Source of the DNA: an uncultured virus (IMG/VR IMGVR_UViG_3300042691_054280)
Taxonomy: Duplodnaviria > Heunggongvirae > Uroviricota > Caudoviricetes > Crassvirales
IMG/VR virus record: IMGVR_UViG_3300042691_054280
Reading direction: 5' to 3' (one strand)
Length of the DNA: 64,000 bases
Both the position numbers and the translations under genes were made by a program. Each line of letters starts with the position of its first letter. The stretch's first letter is position 1. Of the stretch, positions 27,627-38,447 are shown in pieces. The notes under the pieces are model-generated. The model was not told the DNA's origin, did not search any database, and worked only from the letters and a program-made list of their open reading frames with translations.

Positions 27627-29873
27627 TTAATCAAGTGCCATTTCAAGTGTATAAATGAGAGCTTGCATTTCAGGTTCTTCCATTCCTCTTTTTACAATTT
27701 TCTTATCAAAGTACGGAGTGCCATCTGGAAAAGTAATCCAAACTAAAGGCCCGTTTGTACCTCTGGATTCGATATTCAACTTTAAAAGTGTTGTTTTGCC
27801 TTGAACCGTTCCAGTGATGTCTAGAGAGTTTATAGCGCCGTTGGTCTGAGGCTTAAATTTAGATACGATTCCTGCAAATCGAACTTCTGGTCGGCTAAGA
27901 ACAGCTTCTAGTTGAGGATTTGAAATTTGTCCAGTACTAACTGTTACAATTTTCGAATAAGAATTGTCTTTACCTTCAAGATGTAGTGACCATGTATCTG
28001 TCATAGGATCATAGCCTCTTGCAACAACCGTTGCGTCAGCATAATCACTTCCAAATCGTTCTTGACCATCAGACCCATCTATTACAAGTAAAGTTGGATG
28101 TAATGGTTTGCCTAGAAAAAATTCGTCAGCAGCTTTTGTAACTGCTTGAGTTTGATCTCCAGCTTCTACATCTCCAAAATTATAGAGATTGCTATTTTTT
28201 ATTTCAATGAACTTTTTATTTACCTTTAAATCAAATTTATTCATAAACATAGAGGCAACATTTCCAAAAGTTGGAGGATATTTTGATTCTGCATGTAACC
28301 CAGGAGACAGCATTAATGGTGCTGCTATAGCTCCGGGGGGAAGTTTTTCTTGAGATTTTGGGCCAGAAGTGTGTACTTCAAATGCTCCAGGTCCGTAATA
28401 TCGATTAAATTCTTTTTGTACTTGTGCAATAACTGTAGGGTCATCGGAAATAAGTTTAGAATACAACTCTCCTGCAGTAACATTTGGAAAAAGTTTTCTG
28501 TATACACCTACCAGTTTTGGATCGACAGCTGTTATTTCAGATACTGTAAGTGCCATTTCTGCGGCTTGTGCAATTTGATTTTTAATTGTAGTTTTAGTTC
28601 CAGCAAGTGCAAATTTTTGATGTCTTGCCTTTGCTTTTTGATCATTACTTATATTAGGGTTGTTAATTGTAGCATCGAGCTCTTTAAGTTGTGCGTCTAT
28701 TTCTAGGATATTAGACTGTTTTTCTCCTACAGATCTTCCAAAAACTTTGTCTGCTGTAACATCAACGTTTGTGTAGAACGGAGTACCGGTTGCATTTTTG
28801 AGGCGCTCAGTTTCCTTAGCCATCCAGTACTTGTCGTAGTCCTGGGCATACTCAGTAGTATTTTCGAACACACCAGCTTTAAGTGATGCAAAGTCACGAA
28901 GAGGCTGTACGATTTCCTGAGCAAACTTTGACTTCAGGTAATCATAGGCCATGGCAGGATCGGTAGATGACATTGTGGCATCGAGCTTAGCTAGCTCTGC
29001 CTCCATTTGCTTTTTCATTTCCCCAACTTGCTTCTTTTGCCCGGCCGAATACTTCTTGCTGTTTTCAACCTGAGTAAGCTGGTCGATGTTTTTGACAATA
29101 GCTGCACGTTGAGAATTCAACATTTCAACTTGCTTACCACTCGAAGAGACATTGTACGCTTTCATGTCAGCAAGCTGTGACACATATGCCTGGACATCTG
29201 GCTCCTGAAGTACGGCATTCAGTACTTCTTCAACATCTTCCTGAGGGATTTGAGAGACTGTGTTGCCTACCGTTTCAGTGTACTTACCATCCGGTCCAAC
29301 CCCAATTTTGGTAATTTTGCTACCGGTTTTCTTTTCTCGAAGAATCTGAAGGCGTTCAGTAAGTCGATCCATGGTCTTTGGATCTTTGTACACTGTCTTC
29401 GGAGAGAACATAGTTCCTTCTTTCGGACGTCCTGTTTCAGGATCTTCTTCAAATCCTTTGTAGCCTCCTACCATCCATGCTGGGGCAAGAGCGTATTGTT
29501 CTGGATTGATTTCTCCTTTATCGAGCCGTTCTTTCAATCCTGAAAGTGCACCTTGATAAGCTTCGTAGTTTTGCTTGATTGGTGCGTATTTGGTTGAGAA
29601 TCTTTTAGCCGCGGCATGGACCTGAAATCCAAGATTATGGAAATCTCCACGTTCGGACAACAGTGCAAGATTGTTTTCAATCTCACGTTGCAGTTCTCGT
29701 TTGCGTTGTACATCTTTTTCAAACGGCAGTGCAGCCTGCATTTGTTCTACTGCCATTGACAGAGAATCGTTGGCCTTGAAAGCCTCGAGAAATCGATCTT
29801 GCAAATGGGTAGATATCGTAACCGACTGCGGGTCGACGTATGTACTTACGTAGTCGTTAAATCTGTACGGCAT
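27627..29873 (-). CDS. putative virion cargo protein
   Basis: 748-aa helical protein between the first cargo gene and the giant cargo genes, as in Crassvirales gene order. Confidence 0.6.
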   Translation of the reverse strand: MPYRFNDYVSTYVDPQSVTISTHLQDRFLEAFKANDSLSMAVEQMQAALPFEKDVQRKRELQREIENNLALLSERGDFHNLGFQVHAAAKRFSTKYAPIKQNYEAYQGALSGLKERLDKGEINPEQYALAPAWMVGGYKGFEEDPETGRPKEGTMFSPKTVYKDPKTMDRLTERLQILREKKTGSKITKIGVGPDGKYTETVGNTVSQIPQEDVEEVLNAVLQEPDVQAYVSQLADMKAYNVSSSGKQVEMLNSQRAAIVKNIDQLTQVENSKKYSAGQKKQVGEMKKQMEAELAKLDATMSSTDPAMAYDYLKSKFAQEIVQPLRDFASLKAGVFENTTEYAQDYDKYWMAKETERLKNATGTPFYTNVDVTADKVFGRSVGEKQSNILEIDAQLKELDATINNPNISNDQKAKARHQKFALAGTKTTIKNQIAQAAEMALTVSEITAVDPKLVGVYRKLFPNVTAGELYSKLISDDPTVIAQVQKEFNRYYGPGAFEVHTSGPKSQEKLPPGAIAAPLMLSPGLHAESKYPPTFGNVASMFMNKFDLKVNKKFIEIKNSNLYNFGDVEAGDQTQAVTKAADEFFLGKPLHPTLLVIDGSDGQERFGSDYADATVVARGYDPMTDTWSLHLEGKDNSYSKIVTVSTGQISNPQLEAVLSRPEVRFAGIVSKFKPQTNGAINSLDITGTVQGKTTLLKLNIESRGTNGPLVWITFPDGTPYFDKKIVKRGMEEPEMQALIYTLEMALD

Positions 29874-29880
29874 TTTACTG

Positions 29881-32391
29881 TCAGGATTTCTTTGTGGTGA
29901 GTAATTCTGGAGAGCTTATGTATTTACGAGCTCCTCCAGTTTTCTTTTCTTTTTTCTCTTCTGGCATAACGATATTTGGATCTCCGTACAGCTGCTTTTT
30001 ATAGGCCGCGGCAACGGCCCGAATTTGAGCTTTGGTCATTCCATAGTACTGAGATTTTTTACGCTTAGCTTCTTTCAAAAGCGCTTCTTCAATTTTGAAA
30101 GTTTCATAGGCACCTGTCTGATCAAGTGCTGAAGCCAAACGTTCTTGAGATTTGAACGAACGATCGTCTTTAACAATGCCGGCAATACGGGAAACTGCAG
30201 CATCAAGTGCACCAAGCTTTTCTTCCCGGGCATATTGTTTTTCTTGAATACGTGCAGCCATATTGACTCTTTGAACATTGGCTTCCTGCTCGGCATTAAA
30301 CATTCCGGATTGCAGTCCCAGTTTTGCTTCCTCTGCTGCCAAAGCTTTATTTGCTTCCTGTTCAGCATTGGAAACTCGGAGAAGTTGCTCTGCAGTTTTT
30401 GACCGGCTTGCAAGTTTGAGTGCCATTGATTGTGGGCCGGCCATATTATCAGTGGCTTCATTGAAAGCAGCTTCACTGGCTTGCACGGCCGCTCGTTCAG
30501 CATTCATGTTAACCCTTGGCATAAGTGGTCCACGAATTCCAGGAGTTCCCATCATGCCGGCATCCCGTCTATACGGATTCATGAAAGCGTATGCAGGAGG
30601 AACCAGTTGCAATAACCCGGGCACCAAAGAGGATGGAGTTTTTACCATCGGCGCATCACCAGGTAACGGTGTGCACTCTCCAGTCATCGGATCTACATAG
30701 TGACCTTCAGGACATGGCTGTCGTTTGTCAGACAAAGGAGTTGGCTCAGGTTCAGTTTTGCCGTCTGCAGCAGGAGTTGGAGTAGTTGCGGGAACTACTG
30801 GGCTAGGATCCGGAGTTATACCTGCAAGAAGTGCACGGTGAAATGGTCCGATTTGCTTGTCAGTACCTTCAGCTATAAGAATTTCACGAAGTTTTTTTAC
30901 GTCTCCACCTGCTTTATCAAGTCGAGCAGCAATAGCTTTTTGCTCTGCAGCGTCTACTCCGGTATAAGCTCTCATTCGAGTGACGGCTTCCATAACAGCA
31001 CCATCGTCAGCAAGACTTTGATTTACCAATGGAATCCACTTTGCATCGTAGTTTGCCCCTTGCCAATATTCGTGTTCAGCATTTGCCTGAGGAGTATACG
31101 AAAGCATGCCTGGTGTCTGAGCCGTATGTTGAAATTGTCCGAGTTGATCAACTTTTACACCAGCAGTTTGGTACTGTTTTGGTCCACCATATCGGGCAAT
31201 AAGTCCAGGGCCGCGGTCTTTTTCTCCGGACTTGGCAGCTGCACGTTCCTGTAGTTTTGCCAGTTGCTGAATACGAATTTCCTTTTCAGCTTTTGGCAGT
31301 TTGGATTTCACAATTTCTTTGTGGCGCTCAGCATACGACTTTCCATTGAGTTTGAGATGCTCAGAGAAAAAGTAGTCGGCTTCCTGACCGTCACTCATTG
31401 TCACTTTATCCATGGTCTCTTTGTGCTCGACCTCAGTGTTGGGATCCAGCATAATTCCACCTTCTTCGTGAGTTTTGCCCTTGAATTGTACAGCCCCGTC
31501 TCCAATATGCTCCATGGTTCCCCCGGGCAAGGGCCTGGCGCCACCTTTCTCGAGTCGGGTGGATTGCATATTCATGTTGGTAGAAGTATTGAAACCAAAG
31601 CCAGTTTGCATGCCAGTAAGTCGGCTGTCAAGATATTGTTGCCGAAATCGATTGTGCCGAGCAGCGGATTCAGCTTGAAGTGCATTAGCAGTTTCTTTGC
31701 TGGCTTTGTTTTCTCGGGAGGCTTTCCAGGCTCCAACTCCGGCACCTACCACTCCCCCGATTGCGGCACCTACGGGTCCACCAATTGTAAATCCAAGTCC
31801 GGCCATTGATCCGGCTCCTTTAAGCATTTCACCAGCAGTATTTCCAGCTGCTTCTTTTTTGGTGAACCGACGATCAGATCCATCATCAGTTGCAGACTCT
31901 GTAATTTGCCCGGCTATTCCAGCGGCAGTTCCAATTGCTGCCATTTGGTTCCCAGTCAACCCTTCTCCACCAGTAAGTGGTGCCCCAGGAGTCGTTCCTT
32001 GGCTTACATCTGGAAGCTCAATTTCTGGGCCACCGGTAACATATTTTTTGACACCACCAAGTTTTCTGCGTACGCCAGCAATTTCATCTGGAGCAGGATC
32101 AGTTTTAAACATTGGATTGCCTTCAGCATCTTTTGCATCATCTGGAAGTTGCAATACCGGTTTGTCGGTTTTGAAATACTCGGGCTTCCGGGGTCTGTTG
32201 TTTCGAAGAACAACAGTTCGTGCAGCATCAGCTGCAAATTTCTGGAGCTCTCCTCCGGTTTGAAGAAGCTTTTTGGCAGTCTTTTTTGACGTAGCTGCAG
32301 CAGCTTTTTCACTGGCAATGTGCACAGCAGTAGCTGCAGAAGAATTCCACACCTTGGGTGTGGGCGCATATTTACTCAAGGTGCCTTTCAT
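29881..32391 (-). CDS. putative cargo protein 1-like internal virion protein
   Basis: 836 aa, directly after the muzzle-like gene; GKTHEEGG motif, Gly-zipper hydrophobic segment and repeated xxxGG motifs. Confidence 0.65.
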   Translation of the reverse strand: MKGTLSKYAPTPKVWNSSAATAVHIASEKAAAATSKKTAKKLLQTGGELQKFAADAARTVVLRNNRPRKPEYFKTDKPVLQLPDDAKDAEGNPMFKTDPAPDEIAGVRRKLGGVKKYVTGGPEIELPDVSQGTTPGAPLTGGEGLTGNQMAAIGTAAGIAGQITESATDDGSDRRFTKKEAAGNTAGEMLKGAGSMAGLGFTIGGPVGAAIGGVVGAGVGAWKASRENKASKETANALQAESAARHNRFRQQYLDSRLTGMQTGFGFNTSTNMNMQSTRLEKGGARPLPGGTMEHIGDGAVQFKGKTHEEGGIMLDPNTEVEHKETMDKVTMSDGQEADYFFSEHLKLNGKSYAERHKEIVKSKLPKAEKEIRIQQLAKLQERAAAKSGEKDRGPGLIARYGGPKQYQTAGVKVDQLGQFQHTAQTPGMLSYTPQANAEHEYWQGANYDAKWIPLVNQSLADDGAVMEAVTRMRAYTGVDAAEQKAIAARLDKAGGDVKKLREILIAEGTDKQIGPFHRALLAGITPDPSPVVPATTPTPAADGKTEPEPTPLSDKRQPCPEGHYVDPMTGECTPLPGDAPMVKTPSSLVPGLLQLVPPAYAFMNPYRRDAGMMGTPGIRGPLMPRVNMNAERAAVQASEAAFNEATDNMAGPQSMALKLASRSKTAEQLLRVSNAEQEANKALAAEEAKLGLQSGMFNAEQEANVQRVNMAARIQEKQYAREEKLGALDAAVSRIAGIVKDDRSFKSQERLASALDQTGAYETFKIEEALLKEAKRKKSQYYGMTKAQIRAVAAAYKKQLYGDPNIVMPEEKKEKKTGGARKYISSPELLTTKKS

Positions 32392-32403
32392 CTGAGAGGG
32401 TGT

Positions 32404-35400
32404 TTATCTGGGTGAGATTCTGGATGCTGCTTGTACACTGTACAAACTTACCAAATTTCGAGATACGTTATTACTTATCAAGCGAAGTCCAAGAAATTTA
32501 TCTTCGAACTTCTTTCTTTCATACCAAGGTTTAGTAGAGTCTATAAAGTTCGGGTTTATAATTCCCTCCTGTAAGAACATTCCTTCTACTGAGCTTGGTG
32601 CTGTGGTGCCGGTGTAAAAATCTCCATGGACATTTACCTGTCCGGCAGCCAGTTGTGTTTGAAACGAATGGCGGCCAAGGTCTCTGAAGTCATTGGTAAC
32701 CCAGTCCTGACCGACTTTTCTGAGATTGTTCAGATACACAAGTGGGATTTCTCCGGAGATCTGATTTGTGTTGTAGACATAGAAGCTTGTAAACCCGGGG
32801 CTGAATTGCTGTACAACAGCTTGCAGGTTCGGGTAGGATTTTACATTGACTTCTGTGTGAAAGCTTACGGCGCTGAAAACTTTGGTGTATTCAGACAATT
32901 TTGAGGCCCCCTGCGCAGTACGAACAGTTTCTCCAAGGAAGATTGCATCAATCTCAAAATTGTAGACAGTTCCGTAGAACCTTCCTGGATTCATAAGGTC
33001 GTCGTGCACATAGATGTCTTCAGCATTTCCTGGATTGAAGCTGTACATCAACTTTGTATTGAACATGTACAGCGGTGGAATATACGAGTGTCGACTTGCC
33101 CAAACTTTTGAGTAGGTAGAAAATGATAATGTCCACCCACCACGTTTGAAATGAGTTCCTGGTTTAACTAGAATTTGCTTCTGCGGTTGCCCGGGCACAC
33201 CTGTTTCAAATTGGTTGATAGTAGCATTATACCAAATTGTGCCGGTAGGATATTCTCCAGGAAAAGACGGTGGTCCAGTTGTCACAAAATTGTTGATGAA
33301 TACTTGTGTCGGAACAAGCTCTCGTTTTGTGATGATGATTCGTTTGAACAGAGGATCGTACGTAGTGTGAAATCCGAATGAAGCAGTCGGTGCGTCTATA
33401 AACACTTCTCCTTCTTCTACGTTATATCCGTAGTACTCGAGCTGGAATGGAATGTTCTCTCGGCACCAGGTATCGAGGCCCATTTGAGAAAGATCCATTA
33501 CTCCTTCTCCGATAAGAAAGATTTTACGTGCTTTCCGATTGACAAACACGTATCCATCTTTTGTAACGAGCGCAGACATTTTATTTGTCAGTCCAAGATG
33601 ACCTTCCTGAGTAGGGATTATTTCATCTGGAGTCTGTGCAAAAATGTCACCTGTTCCAACGTAGGCCTGAGTACCATCTTCAAGCTGCATTGTCTGCTTG
33701 CCTTTTGTAGCAAACAGTCCACGTTCAGTGTGCACATACAACAGGCTGTTCAGATTGAAGATGTTATTAATTGGGCCTTTAGCCTGAGCAAAGTCTTTAT
33801 AAGACAGTGGGAGAAATGCTCGATAGGCATCTGTGAAAGTTCCGTCCTGCGTCAGTGAGCGAACTACTCTGTTTGGAAAGAAGTTTGTTGACTTCTCTTT
33901 TTTCGGGAACGGACTTGTACTGCGCAAATCGTTGACCATGGAGTAATGATCCTCATAAAGGATATTGTCCATTTTTGTGTGGTCGTAAATAGGACTCTTA
34001 AACAGAACGTCGGCTGCGACGTATTTGTCAAAGAACATGCTTGAAGGAATGTTTACTCCTTTTTCCGTATCTCCTGCGTGCCGGAAATTGATGTTGTCAT
34101 CTGATTCTACAATGAAGTGGAATAATGTAGCGATCGGAGTTACAGATCCAGCGCTCCAGTTTGCAGGATTTTGAACAGTTGCAAGTCTTTGCGCTGAATT
34201 GCCAAAGTTCATTACTGGGGTAGTTCCTGTTCTACCTGTGCTTATAGAGAGTGGAATGTCTCCAAAAATGTAGTCGTCAGTAGCGTTTGTAAGAGTTCCT
34301 GAATTTGCATTGACGTCTCGTTGGAAATAGTTTATTCCAAAACTCTGAGAAGTCATTCGATATGCATATCTGGTGATGTATGTATCGCCACCAAAAATTA
34401 CTGCAGACTCGTTGTTTCCAGTATAATAGTTTCCTGTACCTTTTACATCTTCTCCGGTCGTCAGATTTACTCCAAGTAAACTTTGGTAATGTCCGGTCCA
34501 AACTAAGGTCTGTTGGTCGAACGGTTCAAACACGTCAGTTTTTGAAGAACAGAGATTGACAAGGTAGATATTTGGGCGCCCGAGATCTTCTGGTTCTTTT
34601 GCCAGACTTTCATGACCCAGGGCAAAGAGCATGGCTCGGGCAACTTTATAATTTGGAACAACACTTGGAACAGTGTCAGCAATTTTATTGTTGAAGTGAT
34701 CTAGCGTCCATTCAATGTTTCGATATCCACCTAATACTGGAAGACCTGATGTGAGTCCAAGACTTATGGCTGATTCTCCACTTGGATTGTAGAGATACGT
34801 GGCGCCCTTAAATGCTGTTGACGATTCAGTTTTTAGGATCGACTTTCCAGACAGGTAGGTTGCCCCATCTGTCTCCAGCATGAATATGGTCTGGTGATTT
34901 GAAAGAAGTTGGTCTTGACCACCGGTAATTACGTTGTTCGGAGGCACACCCATCCAAGTTCCTAATGAAGGTCCGCCGGCAAGATCTCCAACTGCTCCGA
35001 CATCGGTACCTGTTTGCCCGGGAGTATTGTATCTGGCGCCTACAAGAACCTGTCCCCAAAGGACGCTTGGTCCCCATACATCGTATCCATTTTGATCTTC
35101 GTCATAGTTTGGATTGATAGTGTTTCCAAGCTCAGGATGTATCCATGCAACTTCCTCATCCCCATGGCCAGCTCGAAAAGTCTTGTAGTAAAACTCTCCG
35201 AAGTCTAGTGAAGTGTTTCCAGTGGTTGACTTATAGCCGCCTCTCCAATTCTGCATAGTAACGATGTATTGTACATCGATGTGAGTAGCGGTTGCAACAG
35301 TATGCTTTTTTCGAAGCAAATTGAAGTCATGGAACTTTACTACCGGCTGAGCCAAGTACTTTCTCCCACCAGGAGTCCACAGAGGATCATAGTGAGCAAG

Positions 35401-37542
35401 TCCATTACCACGAGGATTGGCATTGAAATACCAGAGGTTGAAGTATGGACCGTAAACGGCATCATCTAGTTTTCCGGAAAGGTTGGCAGCGAGAAAAGGA
35501 GTTGCTGCGTGTGCACCCGATTGACCAATGATGGTCTTATTTCCTTGTTCTCGTTTGGCGTAGTAAACCTTGTATCCTTGGATCTGCTCAAGAATGAATT
35601 TTGGAATGAAGATGTTCTTCAGTTTAAACCCAAGAATACGTACAGTTTCAGTGAATTGCACTGCGCCAAGGTCAGTTGTATTATTGTCCAACCCAGGATT
35701 ACTAAAGTCTGTATCTCGGAGGATATAGCTGAAATCCGGATTGTGATTTGATGGCATTTTGTGATGCCGAATGTTCAGGTTGGCCAGAGACTGTCCGGTA
35801 AATGCAGGTTCACCAGTACTTACCGTTTGCCAGATTTCGAAGTCCGCAGTATTTGGGTAAGCCTCACTTTGGTTTTCCCAGTAACCGGTATTTAGCGGTG
35901 TAAGTTGACTTCCGTCCAAGTATTGAAATACTCGAGCTTCCGGATCCGAAGTGACTATTTCTCCTGGGTTAAACGGTTCGTTGCCCACTCCATTGAACTG
36001 GCTTGGAAGCGTAGGTGAATCTGCAAATCGTGTACGTTCCCAAGTACCTACTACATCTCTGCCGGGGATGTGGTATCCGTAAGTTTCAGTACCATCGTGA
36101 AAAACCAACGATATGAAAAAGCTATAAACCTCTCCACGACGGAAAGTCTTTTTGCCAAAAAGCATGTCTTCCGGATCACGGTACCCTTTTGGAGTATTGT
36201 GTTGCAGCGGATAGATTACGGTGTTGATGTATGAATCGATTACACCATCCCGACTGGTTCGAAATTCATTTGGCATTCCACCTGCTGGCCAGTCTCCACC
36301 ACCAAACTGACTGAACGGACTTGGGTATAAAAGCTTGGCATAGCCTTCATTCAAGTTGTAGACGTCGTAATGCCGCGGATCAAAGTCTTCAACTTCTTCT
36401 ACCACACATTCGAGCTGAATGCTGTTGGCAAATCGCTGAAATCCGATATCTTTTCTGGCAGTCAAATTTGCCAGATACAATTGATTGTCAAGTTGGGTCA
36501 GAGCCCGGGCAGTGAGGTAGTGTACACGATCGAGGATCACGTCCTCTACGGATGAGCGGGCAGCCTTTTCCAGTCCGTTATAAATGACTGTTGTTTCTGG
36601 ATTTGCAAAATCGACTTCGATTGGTTCAAGCCTGTAAGCAAATCGAGCAGTTCCAATTGTCTGGATTACGTACGGGACTACAAATCTGTAATCGGTATTC
36701 AGCGTAGTTGTATCCAGCTTCCAAAGAATTGACTTATTGGTCTGAGTTTCTTTTGGATTCCCGGTAATCATTTCTCTCGGATACGAATCCTCGTCGGAAT
36801 CCGTGATGTAAACCGGATTTGCAACAGTCAAGACGTTTGTCTCTGTGAGCTCATTGTCAGCGTACGCTACAGCCAAAGAATAGGCGCCAGTCACAACACC
36901 TCCACCTCGAAGAATCTTTACTCCCAGGAATTCCGGCATAGAGCCGGCATGCATGAAGATGTTCAGAGACGCAATTGTATGAGCGTTGGTCTGATCATAC
37001 AAGGAATTATTAAATCCACCATTTGCCAGGTGCCGCAATTGTCGACTTACGTTCAGTAGTCTTGGTGGATTGTACTCACTGATATATTCAATGCTGGTAG
37101 GACCGTCAGTAACAGCGGTGTATTTGTTGTCAGTAAAATATACCAGCACATCTCCGGTAGGAGAAAGTCTGAATTCTCCAGTAACAGGGTAGTTCAGGTC
37201 AAAGTTGAGATTACCGGTAGCAGAAATTCCAGCAGTTACAAGAATCGGAGTTGCGGTCAGTGCTGTGATGTCTACATAGAAAACAGCTGAAAAGTTTGCA
37301 TTGTTCTCAGACACTGTAGCCACAAAAAAGTCATCGTTTGGAAGCGCTACATACCCAACAGGGAGCATTGGGTTATTAGCGTATACCATAGAATCAATGA
37401 TACGATTGCCGTATTCATTGCTTACGCTGCCTTTTACATCTTCCAAGACAGCATTCAAAGCGTCACGAAAAGTCATATCCGGCTGATCTTTTCGGCCGGT
37501 ATCTTTGAACATGCCTTTCAGAAACTTCAGTTGGTCTGCCAT
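32404..37542 (-). CDS. tail stabilisation / muzzle protein
   Basis: About 1710 aa, beta-rich; start re-assigned to MADQLKFLKGMFKD (tail-tubular-B-like N-terminus); follows a ring protein gene. Confidence 0.75.
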   Translation of the reverse strand: MADQLKFLKGMFKDTGRKDQPDMTFRDALNAVLEDVKGSVSNEYGNRIIDSMVYANNPMLPVGYVALPNDDFFVATVSENNANFSAVFYVDITALTATPILVTAGISATGNLNFDLNYPVTGEFRLSPTGDVLVYFTDNKYTAVTDGPTSIEYISEYNPPRLLNVSRQLRHLANGGFNNSLYDQTNAHTIASLNIFMHAGSMPEFLGVKILRGGGVVTGAYSLAVAYADNELTETNVLTVANPVYITDSDEDSYPREMITGNPKETQTNKSILWKLDTTTLNTDYRFVVPYVIQTIGTARFAYRLEPIEVDFANPETTVIYNGLEKAARSSVEDVILDRVHYLTARALTQLDNQLYLANLTARKDIGFQRFANSIQLECVVEEVEDFDPRHYDVYNLNEGYAKLLYPSPFSQFGGGDWPAGGMPNEFRTSRDGVIDSYINTVIYPLQHNTPKGYRDPEDMLFGKKTFRRGEVYSFFISLVFHDGTETYGYHIPGRDVVGTWERTRFADSPTLPSQFNGVGNEPFNPGEIVTSDPEARVFQYLDGSQLTPLNTGYWENQSEAYPNTADFEIWQTVSTGEPAFTGQSLANLNIRHHKMPSNHNPDFSYILRDTDFSNPGLDNNTTDLGAVQFTETVRILGFKLKNIFIPKFILEQIQGYKVYYAKREQGNKTIIGQSGAHAATPFLAANLSGKLDDAVYGPYFNLWYFNANPRGNGLAHYDPLWTPGGRKYLAQPVVKFHDFNLLRKKHTVATATHIDVQYIVTMQNWRGGYKSTTGNTSLDFGEFYYKTFRAGHGDEEVAWIHPELGNTINPNYDEDQNGYDVWGPSVLWGQVLVGARYNTPGQTGTDVGAVGDLAGGPSLGTWMGVPPNNVITGGQDQLLSNHQTIFMLETDGATYLSGKSILKTESSTAFKGATYLYNPSGESAISLGLTSGLPVLGGYRNIEWTLDHFNNKIADTVPSVVPNYKVARAMLFALGHESLAKEPEDLGRPNIYLVNLCSSKTDVFEPFDQQTLVWTGHYQSLLGVNLTTGEDVKGTGNYYTGNNESAVIFGGDTYITRYAYRMTSQSFGINYFQRDVNANSGTLTNATDDYIFGDIPLSISTGRTGTTPVMNFGNSAQRLATVQNPANWSAGSVTPIATLFHFIVESDDNINFRHAGDTEKGVNIPSSMFFDKYVAADVLFKSPIYDHTKMDNILYEDHYSMVNDLRSTSPFPKKEKSTNFFPNRVVRSLTQDGTFTDAYRAFLPLSYKDFAQAKGPINNIFNLNSLLYVHTERGLFATKGKQTMQLEDGTQAYVGTGDIFAQTPDEIIPTQEGHLGLTNKMSALVTKDGYVFVNRKARKIFLIGEGVMDLSQMGLDTWCRENIPFQLEYYGYNVEEGEVFIDAPTASFGFHTTYDPLFKRIIITKRELVPTQVFINNFVTTGPPSFPGEYPTGTIWYNATINQFETGVPGQPQKQILVKPGTHFKRGGWTLSFSTYSKVWASRHSYIPPLYMFNTKLMYSFNPGNAEDIYVHDDLMNPGRFYGTVYNFEIDAIFLGETVRTAQGASKLSEYTKVFSAVSFHTEVNVKSYPNLQAVVQQFSPGFTSFYVYNTNQISGEIPLVYLNNLRKVGQDWVTNDFRDLGRHSFQTQLAAGQVNVHGDFYTGTTAPSSVEGMFLQEGIINPNFIDSTKPWYERKKFEDKFLGLRLISNNVSRNLVSLYSVQAASRISPR

Positions 37543-37553
37543 GGATGTATTAA

Positions 37554-38447
37554 TCAAAAGTTGTCAGCTGCAAACCTACCACGATTTAAGTTTTCTCGGG
37601 TATTGAGATTTTCGAAAAACTCTGCATGCCTGTTGATGTTTGGAATGAGTCGTACCCATTGATCCATGAATGACTCGTACTTATCGATGCTTGGCATGGT
37701 GGCCTGGTTTCTTGCCTGGGTGCAGTAAAATCTCCATTTAGCGTCTGCAAAGTTGTAATCAATGCCATTCATCGATGGAGTATAGCCGCTGAGCAGCATT
37801 TGCTTGTAGCAGTACCAGAACAATGCTTCTTTGAAGCTGATATCATCCGGAATTAATGGATAGCAATCATCGTCGATTGGGTAAGCTTTGTAGCTCAAGC
37901 AAACTCTTCCCGATTCAAAACTTGTTTTGATATAGTCTCCATCAATAATGTAGCTGACTTTTCGTACACTCTGGTTTTCTTTGCATTCCTCACAGTTACC
38001 ACTTTGATGAAAAGTTGATGTGCCGTAAGTCATAGCTTGGAGCCCGGCAGAGTCGTTGAGGTAGTACCCTTCGAGTACCGTCATTCGGGCATTCAAATCC
38101 CGTAGTTGGTAGTTGAAGCTTATTGCATCATCCGGATTGCTTTGGATCAATGCATTAAGTTCATCAATTTTTTCAATGAGTTCATCCAGCTCTGTGGCTA
38201 CTGCAGGAGACACTGAATTACTTACAGCTGCTTGCTCGAGGTAAAACAAATCGTTTGGAAGCAGTGCTTTGTGTCCTACAACTTTCAGTACACATGTTTT
38301 TTGAAGCAGTTGCGCAGGAGTACCTATATGAGCAAGCGCCTCTCCCATCCATTCGATAGAATCATCCAACCAGTTATCTCCTGGTGGCCGGAGATCTCTC
38401 ATGATCTTTCGGATGACTACTTTTGAGGATACGTTTTTGTAGATCAT
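37554..38447 (-). CDS. tail ring / tubular protein
   Basis: IEWMGEAL, YIKTSFESG..LSYKAYPIDDDCYPLIPD and W.FYC.QA motifs; immediately before the muzzle-like gene. Confidence 0.75.
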   Translation of the reverse strand: MIYKNVSSKVVIRKIMRDLRPPGDNWLDDSIEWMGEALAHIGTPAQLLQKTCVLKVVGHKALLPNDLFYLEQAAVSNSVSPAVATELDELIEKIDELNALIQSNPDDAISFNYQLRDLNARMTVLEGYYLNDSAGLQAMTYGTSTFHQSGNCEECKENQSVRKVSYIIDGDYIKTSFESGRVCLSYKAYPIDDDCYPLIPDDISFKEALFWYCYKQMLLSGYTPSMNGIDYNFADAKWRFYCTQARNQATMPSIDKYESFMDQWVRLIPNINRHAEFFENLNTRENLNRGRFAADNF

